Below the pieces are notes generated by a model. It saw only the letters and a list, made by a program, of their open reading frames with translations. It was not told the DNA's origin and did not search any database. Positions 39,900 through 52,630 of a stretch of DNA of 64,000 bases are shown piece by piece (position 1 is the first letter of the stretch; each line of letters begins with the position of its first letter). The position numbers and the translations under genes are program-made. The stretch spans positions 163,370,001 to 163,434,000 of the forward strand of contig JANJGN010000008.1 in assembly GCA_026770705.1 (NCBI GenBank), read 5' to 3'. This DNA is from Isurus oxyrinchus (lineage: Eukaryota).

Positions 39900-40635
39900 G
39901 GGTATTGTTTTGTAATCCGATATTATATTTAGAAAACCTATACAATTGAAAGACCCAGATGCGCAAATTGGCCAGCGAGTAATGGCAAGAAGGAGATAGA
40001 TAACCCATGAATTGCAAATTGCCACAAATTGCTGACCAATTTGCACTTTTACACCATTTACTTCTCGGAAAAGGCATCTACCCCTTAAACTCCCCGTGAT
40101 TTCATGAAGTTGCTGAGTTTGACTATTAAACTCACCACAGAAAGTTAAATCTAGTAACTGACATCATAAGTAACTCTTCAACAATGTAACAATCGTTAAT
40201 GATTGCCAATCAATCTCTCTAGCTCAGAAAGTGAATAATTAAAAATGTGGAGTCTCATTCCTTCAGGTAGTGAATGGTTGTCAGAGACTTCAAATTTATT
40301 TTTTTTTACATCTTACTTTTCCTTTGCATTCTCTCTCAATCCATTCTTTCTTTCTCTCTCTCTACCAGATTTGACTTTCAATTCACTCCCTTTGGTTCAC
40401 TCTTCTTTTCAGTTCTTCCTCTGTTTATGTCTTAATCCTCAAATCCCATTGATTAAGGAGATACACTGTTGGCCCAGTCAATCACCAAGGCCCCAGATAC
40501 CCTGTTACCCTCACTGCAGCATTACCAGTTCATACTTACAAAACATTGTGGGGTAATCATTTTGAACTGAAGATGCAAGAACAAGTCTAATTAACAGGGC
40601 ACATCTCTGAGATGCCCTGTTCCAGTAAATTCCAT
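39900..40635. mobile_element. Probable old non-autonomous DNA transposon
   Basis: Resembles, from recall only, non-autonomous shark TIR elements, with a CT-rich interior and a gtaaattcc end. TIR pair not resolved. Confidence 0.3.
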
Positions 40636-40944
40636 AAGCATGGCATTAAATCTGTGGTTGGCAAATAAGAGTCCTTCACAGGAAGGTTGAAGTATCACAC
40701 AGTGGCTCACAGAAGCGGCCATAAAACTGGTTTGGTGAAATATCAATCAACAAAAAACATGCAGAAAAACAAGTTTAAAGGCTCCATTTATTTTCTTAAA
40801 AGTAGTTCCAGTTGGCAATTTTACTTTGGATCTAACTAAATATATTGCCCTATAAAGAGCAATATATAACAAGCCCATTAAAATTTATAATTCCAAAAGG
40901 CAATTTAAAAAAATCTTAATTCTGAAATCAGTCTATTGCACGTT

Positions 40945-41481
40945 AGAAATGCTGCCATGCATAGGCCTGTCCCCACCTTTAAACTCTGGAGTAGGATTTA
41001 ATAGTATTGCTGGGTTCCGAAGGCCCCGGTAGTGAACCTTCCCTCGCTCTAACAGGTGGAGAATCCCGAAGGGGGCAGGGGATAGTGTTTGGGTGGGGGG
41101 TTGAGGAGGGGGGGGGGGGGGGGGGGGGGGGCCTGTTATGGACCCAGGAGGCACATAAGGAAAGGACCCCTCCTTCCCTACCAGTAGCCCAAGGAGTGGG
41201 ACCTGGCAGGCTTCAAACTGGTCTCCTTCCTTTGCCCGCCACATGAAAAATTGCAACGGGACTGGAAGAGGTGTTTAAGTTGCCATTGATTAGCCCTTTA
41301 GTGCCTCAATTGGCCCAAGGGTGGGTAGGCCACTGAACACCTCCCCCGTCACACGTAGAACTGTGATGGGGTTGGGGGCGGTGGTTGGGCACCAGAAAAG
41401 GGCACCCATGACATCAGACCAAATTTTACACTGCCCACCTGCTTGCCAAAGCCCCCACAAGGGAGTGTAACATTCTGCCCC
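40945..41481. mobile_element. GC-rich MITE-like element with an internal poly-G tract
   Basis: Abrupt GC-rich block ending in gtaacattctgccc, a terminus like the other MITEs. Near the end, tttacact...agtgtaa forms a sub-terminal hairpin. Confidence 0.45.
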
Positions 41482-42189
41482 CGAAGTTTCAGCACTGCTA
41501 CATTCTCCAGAATCTAGTGTGCGCCATGTGGAAAGGAGCTTAATTGAGTACCAATTCCTGACAACGCGCCACGTGTCACACTCTGCACATCACACTGATG
41601 GACTGCAAGTCTCAGGATGGACGGGTGTCAATGTGAACATTACTCTGATGGATTACAACTCTTAGAATTCAGCTTAAGAATTTCACTTTCCCTTTAATCT
41701 AACCCAACGGTAGATAGGCAAGACAGTTGGAGCACGATTCGTTGAAGAGTCAGCCTTACGGTCAATAATTTTTAAAAAGCACCGAGGCTTTAATGTAAAC
41801 TCCATCTCAGGTTTCTGGTTGGATAAATAATCGGCTTTTCTCCCCATTCAGGATGGAGGGAACAATCTCTTGCAACAGCTGCCGAAATTCTTACGGGGCA
41901 GTGGTTTTAAATTTGGGGATGACTGTACCCTACTTCCTACCTCCCCTGTCCTCACCAGAGCCAACACACTTTGCTCTCTGGCTCAAAATGGGCCCATGCT
42001 AAACTTAATAACTGCGCCCCAGCTCTTTTGTCCCAGGTTACTATCAGTGATGTTACAGATCTCCACCAGTAATACATAGTTATGAAATGACCAATGTTTT
42101 TTTTTAAGATGCTGCAATCTCCTAGCTTCTCATGTCCCGCTGTTGCCGTACAGCAAATAAAAACACCGCCCTCAACATTGCGCAAAGTT

Positions 42190-42319
42190 GGGCCAAGGTT
42201 TTCCAGTCCAGCCTGTCATTGTGGCTAGGATGGAAAATTTCGCAGCCCAGCAAAAGGTCCGTTGACTTTTGGGCGGAAATTTCCGGTCCGGCAGCAGGTG
42301 GGACTGGAAATTCCAGCCC
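42190..42319. mobile_element. Short MITE, opposite orientation to 35219-35334
   Basis: Termini gggccaaggttttcc / ggaaattccagccc. The central caaaaggtccgttgacttt is close to the reverse complement of the central motif in the 35219 copy. Confidence 0.7.
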
Positions 42320-43137
42320 TTAGTCTGGGACTTAAATTCCAACTTTTCCATGAGCAGACAGCAAGTTAAGTATTTTCAAATATTAACTAGTTATAACGGT
42401 GTTCTCACTCACTCACTCACTCACTCACACACAGTCACAATGATCAATTTACAACTGTGCAAAATCTTTTTTTTTTAAGTTGGTATTTGTACACAGACAA
42501 AAAATCCTCTCATTAAAGTTACTCTGTAAAACTGTTTTTCCATTTTCTGTTTTATTTTACTTTTTGGAGCAAAGGAGGTAAACATTAACTCAAGGTACTT
42601 AAATATAATATTTACAGAGAAATACAGTCAGCATCATGATTACTGATAATTAAGTGCATTCCTGGGACTTTCAAGAAAGGTTTCCATTGTTCCAATGGCC
42701 GTTTCTTCTTTTTGGGTCCTGCTCTTGCCAGGATTCCCATTATTTCAGCTTCTGACTGGCAAGTGAGCGAGGTAGGAGGAGTCGCAGCGAGAGATGCTCG
42801 CTTTCATGTTTAGAGACCCTCCCTCCTATTCTTTTCTGCTTGCCCAACTCAACAAGGAAACTCAGAGCTGGTCACATTCGCTTTCCCTTTACTTCCCCTG
42901 CCCTCCCACCCCCTCCTCCTCCACCATCCACTCCTGCACCCTATTTGCACAGGCCTTCAGCATGGATATTTAGAACATGGAATGGGAAAGGCTTTTCAAT
43001 TCATACATCTTCCCACACGTAAGAATAGTGTATAAATGTGTGGAGTATCTTCATCTTACCCTCATCTTGTTCTTCCTCTGCTTTCTATTGAGTCTGAGGT
43101 CTGCCCAGTTTCCACATCAACCAAGTCCACTGGAATA

Positions 43138-43375
43138 GATATAAAAACAGAAAATGCTGGAAAAACTCAACAGGTCTGGCATCATCTGTGCAGAGAGAAT
43201 ACCAGAATTAACGTTTCAAGTCTGTATGACTCTTCTTCAACTCTGAGGAAGAGCCATATGGACTCGAAACGTTAACTCTGTTTCTCTCTCCACAGATGCT
43301 GCCAGACCTGCTGAGTTTTTCCAGCATTTTCTGTTTTTATTTCAGGTTTCCAGCATCTGTAGTATTTTGCTTTTA
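43138..43375 (+). mobile_element. Non-autonomous Penelope-like palindromic element with an 11-bp TSD
   Basis: Arms 43141-43239 and 43244-43340 are reverse complements, followed by an unpaired tail (43341-43375). ccactggaata occurs at both 43127-43137 and 43376-43386. Confidence 0.85.
43243..43280 (+). ncRNA. Minimal type I hammerhead ribozyme motif, probably degenerate; a second copy lies on the minus strand at 43207-43240
   Basis: CTGAGGA, stem II (gagcc atat ggactc), GAAAC, then GTTA, with the palindromic stem III AACGTT typical of Penelope hammerheads. The minus copy reads tTGAAGA agagtc ataca gactt GAAAC GTTAA. Stem I pairing appears lost. Confidence 0.65.
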
Positions 43376-45384
43376 CCACTGGAATAAATGTTAATTTACT
43401 TCAAAAGCTACTGATACTTCTCAAGAACGTAAGCAATGTGTAGCTTCCACAGATTATAAACACCCCCACAGTTTAGTTGGTGTTCTTTCCAGTTGATCTT
43501 TCAACTCCCTGAGTGTTTGTTAACCAAATCTAGCCCAAACAGTTATGCTTAAGCTGACCGAGTGCCAATAAATCACTACTCTACTGAGCAACTTCATATG
43601 TATATCCCTGTTCAACTGTGCATCCTAGAGTCACGGAAAACAGCCCTTGTCGGTGTAACTCACATGTTGAGAACTTCTCAAATCAAAAGCCAACATTTAT
43701 ATCACAATAAGAATCACCAAATTTTACTCCTGAGGTAGCTTGTTTAGTCTCTGTGGAGTGTCTATTAAAAACAACTATCTGTCTGCAGGGTATTAATGAG
43801 CCTTTACATGCCTCACTAAAACACTTCTGCACTTATATTGAAATGCGGTATAGTTAGGCCAATAGAATATTGTTAAAATATCTGCAGATTTACAGGTCCA
43901 TGAAGAACACGTGAGTAAGTTAGACTTTGTGTTCATGTTGCTGTAAAAAGCATGATGCAGCCATTTGTTGTTACTGCCTCTTGTCAAATAAAGTAACATC
44001 ACGGCAGATTGTAAGCAAGGAGTACATTCTCATAAATGACTGAATTTACAAATAATTAGAGTCTTACTGCTCCAGAGACAGGAGTTAAATCCACAACAAG
44101 TGACAGGATACCAAAGGAACCAAACTGGTCATTACAGTGTTTGTCATGCACCGTGCAGTTACTTTTAAGATTTGAGACCACAGGAACTGTTTATCACTGG
44201 CGATCTTACTGACTAATTGAAACCAGCCATGACTTTACAACCTGCAAGTATACTACAAAAACTCTTTTAAGTATTTTCACCCTAAGAGACCCAGCCTTGT
44301 GACATGTCTCTCCCTTTACTTCCTACCATACAGCCCACATGCATTTGCAGGGAACATAGTATTGTAAGCTTATTTTGAAATACTTCAATTCAGAATTCTC
44401 AAATGTATAAATCCTGCAAGGTATAAACAGCAGATGTCACACTTAAAGAAGCCCTGTTGATGGCTAAAAGTATTTTTTTTTTCGTGCACCATCAGAAAAA
44501 ATGTTTGATTATATAATCTAACAAAAATGTCCTCATTTTTAAGGCATATCATTTTATATAATGAAACAGATTGGTTTGTACTCTGCAAAGAAATGTGTAA
44601 CAATCATTGGCACAAAGTTAAATTGGCTACATTCAACACTGCTGGAGACTCAAAAAGTTATAAATCATAAAAATCTATTCTTTAAAATATGTAGCTCATT
44701 CTCATATATTGAGTAGGTAGCTTTATATTGCTTTTATATAATGACTTTATCCAACTGAAGTATATTACAGTTGATATTGAGAATAACCAATCTTCTCTGT
44801 CATTTGGTCATGATGGAAACAATTTGACTAAAAAGTGTTTGGAGGATTAATGGAATTTCATATGAAAGACCATCACAGCCATTTTTCCTGGCACAGATTT
44901 TGTGGCTTGTGGGTGCATCAGTTATTTGCAAAGTGGTGCTCAAACAGCAGCCCTTCTTATATCAACTCACTGAAACATACGCAGGATTTCTTAACTTTAA
45001 AAGCAGAATGGCTCCTTAATAAATGTTTCAAAAACCATAACAGGGTGAAATGTACTTTCCTTGTTATATCATTTAGTTGTAACTTCAAAAATGTAGAGAC
45101 ATCTCTGCGAAATGATTTCCAAGTTACCCAACCATAAATCAGTAAAATATTGAGATCAGCGAATAAAGAGCTCTCTATTCTGTGAAAGCCCGAATACTGA
45201 GAATTAAAGTCAATTTCACAACTCCTCCGCCATCAAAAAATAAGGTCCTTTTACCTAATGTACACAATGAAAATGAAAGGGTTCAAAGTTTAACTTTATA
45301 TTACGTATCATACCACCAGCTTTGACCATGGCAATATTTGTTCTGTAACAAATGTGGCTGTGGTGTTTGCCACGAATGTAAGTG

Positions 45385-45575
45385 GAGATTTCTCCAAAGC
45401 ATTTTGCCTTTGCCACTTCTCTCACTTCCTTCGAAATCCTCATATCATCTCTTTTTAATTGTGCTTTTAGTCCCTCACTTGCCCCAGTTCTTTCTCATTG
45501 CTACTTGGTGCCCTTATTAAGCATCTCAGGAGGTTTATCAGTATGTGGAACGTTATAAAAATGTAAGTTATTGTC
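45385..45575 (+). mobile_element. Old L2 3' tail
   Basis: ctccaaagc..cttctctcacttccttcgaaatcctc...aagcatctcaggaggtt...gttataaaaatgtaagttattgt. Confidence 0.45.
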
Positions 45576-45629
45576 CCAGTTGACTTGTTTTCATTTTCAT
45601 ATAGAAGCATATATATAGTATACATGTGA

Positions 45630-45630
<1 letters not shown>

Positions 45631-45674
<44 letters not shown>

Positions 45675-45700
45675 TAGATAGATAGAGAGAGAGAGAGAGA
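45631..45700. repeat. Compound microsatellite (TA)n-(GATA)n-(GA)n
   Basis: Directly visible in the sequence. Confidence 0.95.
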
Positions 45701-48249
45701 GGAGTGGGGGGTGGGGGGTGGGTGACCAAGACAGATAGAGTAATGCTAAATTATTAAAAGTAAGATTTAAGTTAAATTCTGAAAGCAGTGACTTGCTTGA
45801 CTACAGAGGCCAGCAATCATTTTCACTTTGAAAGACCGGTTAATTTCTCAGTGGTTAGTTCCATAGTTATTTTAAAAGGATTTAATTTCAGGGACAATCC
45901 AAATTTTAGAAGGGGGTTCATCAGTTCATCATTCCATCCAAATTCAAAGTTCTGGCCCTGAATGCATGCTGATATTTAAACATGTTGAGCTCATGTGGCA
46001 CATACTTGATCTTTACTGATAAGTCTGTACTTCCACTTATCAGACTCCCATCTCACAGTAGGGCTACCTGACCAGACCCACTCACTGGTGTCTCAAGCTC
46101 ACAGACTGGAACCAGATCCTTGCCTGCTGAGGTAAGGCGGAGTGGGGGGGGGGGGGGTGGTCATCTCCATGGGACATCCAAATATAGTTCAAAGCGACAG
46201 TTTCAAACATTTCCTCACTATGCTTCGTATTCAGTTCAAAGTATAGAAACGTTAAAGCACTACCCGGTCCTCGTTTGAACTAAAGGCTAAATGACTTTTT
46301 TAGTTCCTTGAAATAGGCCAAATATCTTTGCAGCTTCTGCACATAAGGCAGCCCAAAGGTGATAATACACAGCTTTCAGTTTTTGAGAACAGAAAGCCAG
46401 CAGCTTAAAAGCTGCCCCATTTACTAGCTGCATACTTTTAAAATTTAGATTGTCTAACAGTATATAGACTCTTGATGTAATGGCTGAGAAAAATATTTTG
46501 CAGGGAAAGATGACTTTGTGCTGTGGTTGGTGAATGAGACGTCTATTTTACTAGAAGCAGGTTTGACAGTAATTTTGTGGCGGTAATAACTATTTTCACT
46601 GCATATAGCTACAGAATGCCGTCTTCTTTCACTTAATTGAAGACACCATTGAAAGAAATGTATTCTGTCTTGTAATAAAAGCAGTATGGAGAAAGCATTC
46701 AAAGCTAAAATAATCAGAAGCAATTTGAGTTCATGAGCAGAATAATGTACTGTTTTATCCTTGCATGCTCTGCACTGAATCGGTTTTGAGGTTGTAGAGA
46801 AACTTAAAACCTATAACAAAATAATGAACAAGAGTTAGAGCAGCATACTTTTAAATAAAAAGAGTTAAAAAGTTGAAACCATAGATTCTGATACAAAGAT
46901 TTAGGAGAATCTTCAGATTATACACATATACATCAGAAATTAACAAGTGATTATAAAGAGGGAATTAAATCTAATCCATTAATTAACTTAATTTCCCCTT
47001 ATATGGACGGGGAGATTGCTGTGTAAGTCCATATATTCTCCTCCCATTTGGATAGTTCCTTTACAACTTCTGCTGGTGTCTGCCAAAATATGGTCTGGCA
47101 CCATGCAGGAGCCCAGTAACGTTGTAACATCATTACACTCTTTTCTAAGTGAGAATCATATGTCCTTCCATACCTTTATGTGACTTGTTTTTGGCTAACC
47201 TTTCCTCTCGGCTTCCAATATATACAAAAAAAATCATGTTCAATAATACCACCTATGCGCTAGGTTTCAGTCACAGCTGAAAGGAAAAATATACACAAAG
47301 CATATATTTATCCATATGGAAAGCAGATGTTTTGCAAATTTACATATGAGCAACATCAAACTGGTAAAAGAATCAGCTGATTCACTAGGGATCATATTTT
47401 GCAGAAAGCCACATCAGCTTTCCTACATGCTTGCTCAGCATCATTAATCCTGAGTGTCTCACTTCATTCCAAATTCACAAAAATCAAATGCCTTGCTGAG
47501 TAAATCAAGTTAAGGTGGAGAGAAACTCTACACCTTGCAAGGACAACCCTATAAACTCCAGCGTTGGCGCTTGGAAGGTTTGGCAGGATTCCAGTTAAGG
47601 CCGCAGAGTTTATACCAATCTCTTTATCAATATTTGATAAGCTATTATTGAGATGATGCAAAGAAGGGGAAAAAAAAAAAGCACATGTCAAAGCTAGAAC
47701 ACAGATCCCGTTGTACACTTGGGAGTCTCACATCTATGGGACACTAAAGTCTCAGGTGAAGCACTGTCACCCAGAAAGAAATGGCAGAATAATCAAACTT
47801 GCTGGACTGGCAGCTTATGATCTGCAGCAACAGTCATTTCACCAAAACAGTAATCTACTTGTCTGTAACCATGTACTGACAAATACTGTTTCATAATATG
47901 CTTCACATGGGATAAAACAATCTGTATTTGAATACAGTGGATAAAATAATTGTTGTCACTGCCTGTCCAGGCTGAGGTCAGTATGCTCAGTGGTTCTCGT
48001 ATAATTCATGTCAAATTACATCAATCATTTTTGAAGGTTCTGTCTAATTAGTGCATAAAAGAAGGATTGAAAAATAATCTATGAACAGTACAATTATATA
48101 ACATGATAAGAAGCAGCCTTCATTTATACTAAATCTTGATTTCTGCTAGAGTGATGGATAATCAGGAGGAGAGGGTATAAAATGTATTTGTCATTTAATC
48201 AATAGGTTTGGAGGATATAACAAACCATGTATTGTCGCCATATTTGGAT

Positions 48250-48585
48250 TTGCCTTCCCTATCTCTGTTGCCTCTTCTGGTTCTAGAACCTGTTGAAATC
48301 TCTGTGCTCCTCCAATTCTGGCCTCTTGCGCATCCCCTATTTTAATCACTCCACTCTTGGTGGCAGTGCCTTCAGCCACCTACACCCTATTCTCTCTTTC
48401 AATCTCTTCACTCCTCTGTCTCTTTCACATCCATTAAGATGTTCCTTACATCGAATTTCTTTGGCCACATTTTTTGTCATCTGTCCTAATGTGGCTAGGC
48501 ACCCAATTGTGTTTGAAAACCTATGAAGCACCTTGGGAAGTTTTACTATGTTAACCGGATATATAAAGGCAAGTTGCTGTCATTG
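48250..48585 (+). mobile_element. L2 LINE 3' end
   Basis: ctctgtgctcctccaattctggcctcttgcgcatccc...ggcagtgccttcagc, with tail atatataaaggcaagttgctgt. Homologous to 7390-7690. Confidence 0.8.
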
Positions 48586-49857
48586 TCACCTGAACCAGAT
48601 ATTAGATTACAGCCCTGTCCTTAATTACAATGTGCTGTTAATTCGCATAAGATGCAGTAAACTGGACTTTGTTCTTCCAAAGTCATTTCCATTATGAATA
48701 AGCTGAGGAGACCTCATTTGATTGAGAAACGATCATGACATTGTCACTGTGGAATCATCATGTCACTTCATTCACAGGAGTGTTGAAATCAGAGAATTAC
48801 TTTACAGCTGTGACACTAAAATTACAAGGAAATTAAAAGTTTAATATGGTCATGTACATACACCACAACATATATTCAAACTACCATTCCTAGGCCTGCC
48901 ACTTTTAAGCAAACACTGAAGGAGTAATAGACACAACCCCACTCACCAATTTTAGGGGGCCAACAATTTGTTTTTAAGCAAAATCCACAGCATTTTGGGT
49001 ATGAACTGTAAACTAGGCTGTAACAGCCGCTGGCAAACTATAGCATGAAAAATGTGCAGTTGGTGAAACAAATCTGATGGTTTCATGCCATGCAACAAAG
49101 CATTTCAAGAGTATTAGAAAATCTGTTCTTAAGGTCATCAATAATCTAATCGGAGCTGTTGGCTTCTATATCGGAGCTCATTCTCCAGGATCAGCCACAC
49201 AGCTCAAGTAAAATAGTACAGTGCCTTTTAAGATGACCTACGTTTCACCATGAATTTTAGATTAGTGCATGAAATTACGGTGATTGAGGTACTTAACATT
49301 CTTCCATTATTTACCAATTTTCCCTATAAAATTTCACAAAGGTAATTAAACAAGTTGGCTAACATTCAGAAAGTACACTTTGCAATTGACACATAAGTTG
49401 ATGAAGCCACATTAGACTAGATGTTAATGTGCATAATACTTTTACTGCCCAATTTTCAAATGGCTTTATATTATGCTAATAGCACTTCAGGGTAAAACTC
49501 TATACCCCGTAGAATCCACACTGATTGAAATAGTTTAATGCCAGTGTGGGTGGAATAACCTAATGGGGATCAAGGGGGTGATGGGATAAGGCTGTCACTT
49601 ATGTTACTGCTTTACACCTGATGATCAACTGTTTTGGAAACAGAAGGACTAGTTCTATTTGCATTATCAGCACAAAACTGCTTCCAGCCATGTTTTTATG
49701 TGGCATGGGGGAGGGGAGAAATTCTGACTAACATTTATCCATGGCGTTTCCCTGTTGAATGAGATCCTCCTTCTAACGGTCATTCACTTTATCTTACACT
49801 TAAATGGCAGAATAGCATCAGCAGAATATTTTATCCATTAAAGTGGGAAGTAACTGA

Positions 49858-50407
49858 TTGCAAGTATATGGAATAACTGTGCACCTGTGCACCGAGTGTC
49901 TCCTCAAGTCTTCAAAACAAGCAACGGTGATATGAGGAGAAATTTTTTCACACAGCGAGTGGTTAATATCTGGAATGTGCTGCCTGAGAGTGCGTTCAAT
50001 CAAGGCATTCGAGAGGGAATTGGATTATTATCTGAAGAGGAAAAATGTGCAGGGCTATGGGGAGAAAGTGAGGGGGTGGCACCAGGTGCATTGCTCCTTT
50101 GGAGAGCTAGCACAGAAACAACAGACCTCCATCTGTGCTGTGATAATTCTGCAATTCTGAGTGTGGTGAACCCATACCCAGGGAATCATTTTTTTTTAAA
50201 TTCGCACATTTGTGTTAACGAATAGTTCTCATATTGTTTTTATACAGTTATAAGTTGTGTAGAGGTTTTATCCCTTTGAGATCTAGCACATTCTAAAAAA
50301 TGATTTTGGTTGTAACTTCAGGAATTCTAGGCATTGAAACATATTTTGTAATCTTCAGCTAAAGAAAGCAGCAAATACTAATGATATGTTCAAGTGGATA
50401 ACAGGTA
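49858..50407 (+). repeat. Left arm of a ~550-bp inverted duplication (CR1 3' fragment at ~49925-50160 plus non-CR1 flanks)
   Basis: Reverse-complement match to 53672-54235 along its whole length, including the non-CR1 sequence on both sides. Confidence 0.95.
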
Positions 50408-50919
50408 TGTTTCTTGTACAGCAAGAAAATTTATAAAAAATTTAAATCCACAACTATAAATTAATAGATTGAAACCATGTTAACTAATCAGGATTTCCTG
50501 GAATAAAATCATTAAGTAGAATTTGATAGATTCAAATTTGAATGGAAGTTACAAAGCTCTATGTTTAAGTAAATATATATTTATAGAAGTATGTAATAGT
50601 CACGTACAGCTCAGAAGCTGTATAGGTCACGTTTAATTGTGGGTGTCTTAAAATGGTGAACTCATTGAGGCAATCACAAACATTAGGAAGAAAATACTTT
50701 CTGGTAAATTAGCTCAATGTCCCAGACTCGGAATATATTTCCTCGCTACACATAAACAAATGGCACAAAAATGCAGAGGCCTTTTGGTTGTTTTATTTTC
50801 AAATCCCTAAATAGTTTACAGCAATGCTAGGAAGCACAAGGATACTGAGGTAGCCACAGACACAGCCAAGTAGATAGCAAGTACAAAAAAGAAGTTCCTA
50901 GCCATATCTAAGACAACAG

Positions 50920-52200
50920 CTTTTTTTTTATTCATTCATGGGATGTGGGCTTCGCTGGCTGGGCCAGCATTTATTGTCCATCACTAGTTGCCCTTGAGAA
51001 GGTGGTGGTGAGCTGCCTTCTTGAACTGCTGCAGTCCATGTGGTGTAGGCACACCCACAGTGCTGTTAGGAAGGGAGTTCCAGGATTTTGACCCAGCGAC
51101 AGTGAAGGAATGGCCGATATATTTGCAAGTCAGGATGGTGAGTGACTTGGAGGGAAACTTCCAAGTGGTGGTGTTCCCATCTACCTGCTGCCCTTATCCT
51201 TCTAGATGGTAGTGGTCGTGTGTTCAGAAGGTACGGTCGAAGGTGAATTCCTGCAGTACATCTTGAAAAAGGTACACACTGCTGCTACTGTGCATTGGTG
51301 GTGGACGAAGTGAATGTTTGTGGATGTGGTGCCAAACAAGTGGGCTGCTTTGTCCTGGATGGTGTTAAACTTCTTGAGTGCTGTGGGAGCTGCACTCATC
51401 CAGGCAAGTGGGGAGTATTCCATCACACTCCTGACTTGTTCCTTGTAGATGTTGGACAGGCATTGGGGAGTCAGGAGGTGAATTAATCGTTACACAATTC
51501 CTAGCCTCTGACCTAATCTTGTAGCAACAGCATTTAAATGGCTAGTCCAGTTTCTGGTCAATAGTAACCCCCAGGATGTTGACAGTCAGGGACACAGAGA
51601 TGGTAATGCCATTGAACATCGAGGGAAGATGGTTGGATTCTCTCTTGTTGGAGATGGTCATTGCCTGACACTTGTGTGGCGCGAATGTTACTTGCCACTT
51701 GTCAGCCGAAGCCTAGACATTGTTCAGGTCTTGCTGCATTTGGACATGGGCTGCTTCAGTAGCTGAGGGGTTGTGAATGGTGCTGAACATTGTGCAATCA
51801 TCAGCGAACATGCCTATTTCTAACCATATGATGGAAGGAAGGTCATTGATGAAGCAGCTGAAGATGGTTGGGCCGAGGACATTACCCTGAGGAGCTCCTG
51901 CAGTGATGCCCTGGAATTGAGATGACTGACCTCCAACAACCACAACCATCTTCCTTTAGTGCTAGGTATGACTCCAACTTTTCCCCGATTCCCATTGGCT
52001 CCAGTTTTGCTGGGGCTCCTTGATGCCACACTCTGTCAAATGCTGCCTTGATGCCAAGGACAGTCACACTCACCTCACCTCGGGGGTTCAGCCCTTTTGT
52101 CCATGTTTGAACCAAGGCTGTAATGAGGTCAGGAGCTGAGTGGCCCTGGCAGAACCCAAACTGGACGTCAACGAGCAGGTTATTGCTAAGCAAGTGCCGC
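50920..52200 (-). mobile_element. CR1-clade LINE, 5'-truncated, with RT domain and 3' tail
   Basis: QFGFCQGHSAPDLITALVQTW..IKAAFDRVWHQG; GAPQGNVLGPTIFSCFINDL..MFADDCT; MEYSPLAWMSAAPT. Tail at 50920-50990. Confidence 0.92.
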
Positions 52201-52205
52201 TCAGT

Positions 52206-52630
52206 GAGGTGTCAGCTGTGGCTCCACTTTTACCTCTAAATCAGTAGGTTGTGGGTTTGAGTCCACTTCAGAGACTGAGCTCAAAAATCAAGGCTGACGC
52301 TTCAGGGAGCACCTGCCCCATCCATTGGATAAACCATTAAACCAAGGTCCAGCTGCCCACTCAGATGCATAAGAAAGATCCAATGGCAGTATTTCAGAGA
52401 AGAGCAGGGAAACTATCCCCAGTCTCCTTTTCAACATCTATCAAAAAAAAAACAAAATATCTGCTCACTATCACAATGCTGTTTGTGGGAGCCTGCTGTG
52501 TGCAAGTTGGCTGCTGCTTTTTCGATATTTTTCTGCACGTCAAAAGTACTTCATTAACTATGAAGTGTTTTGGGGCAACCAGCTGCCATGAAAGGCACTA
52601 TATAAATGCAAGTCTTTCTTCTCTTTCTTT
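52206..52630 (+). mobile_element. Deu-domain SINE (SacSINE1-like), near full length
   Basis: tRNA-like head (gctgtggctc..aggttgtgggtttgagtcc), Deu core (aaaccaaggtc..aaagatccaatggca..gaagagcaggg) and L2-type tail (gaaaggcactatataaatgcaagtctttc). Confidence 0.85.

Noticed and set aside
47464-47718. Minus-strand ORF after a long pyrimidine tract
   Set aside because: No recognisable product, the AG context is poor, and it ends in a stop before a weak donor.
50359-50404. Exon-like 46 nt (LKKAANTNDMFKWIT, cag|gtatgt) at the end of the duplication arm
   Set aside because: Weak pyrimidine tract, the donor is degraded in the other arm, and no homology is recognised.
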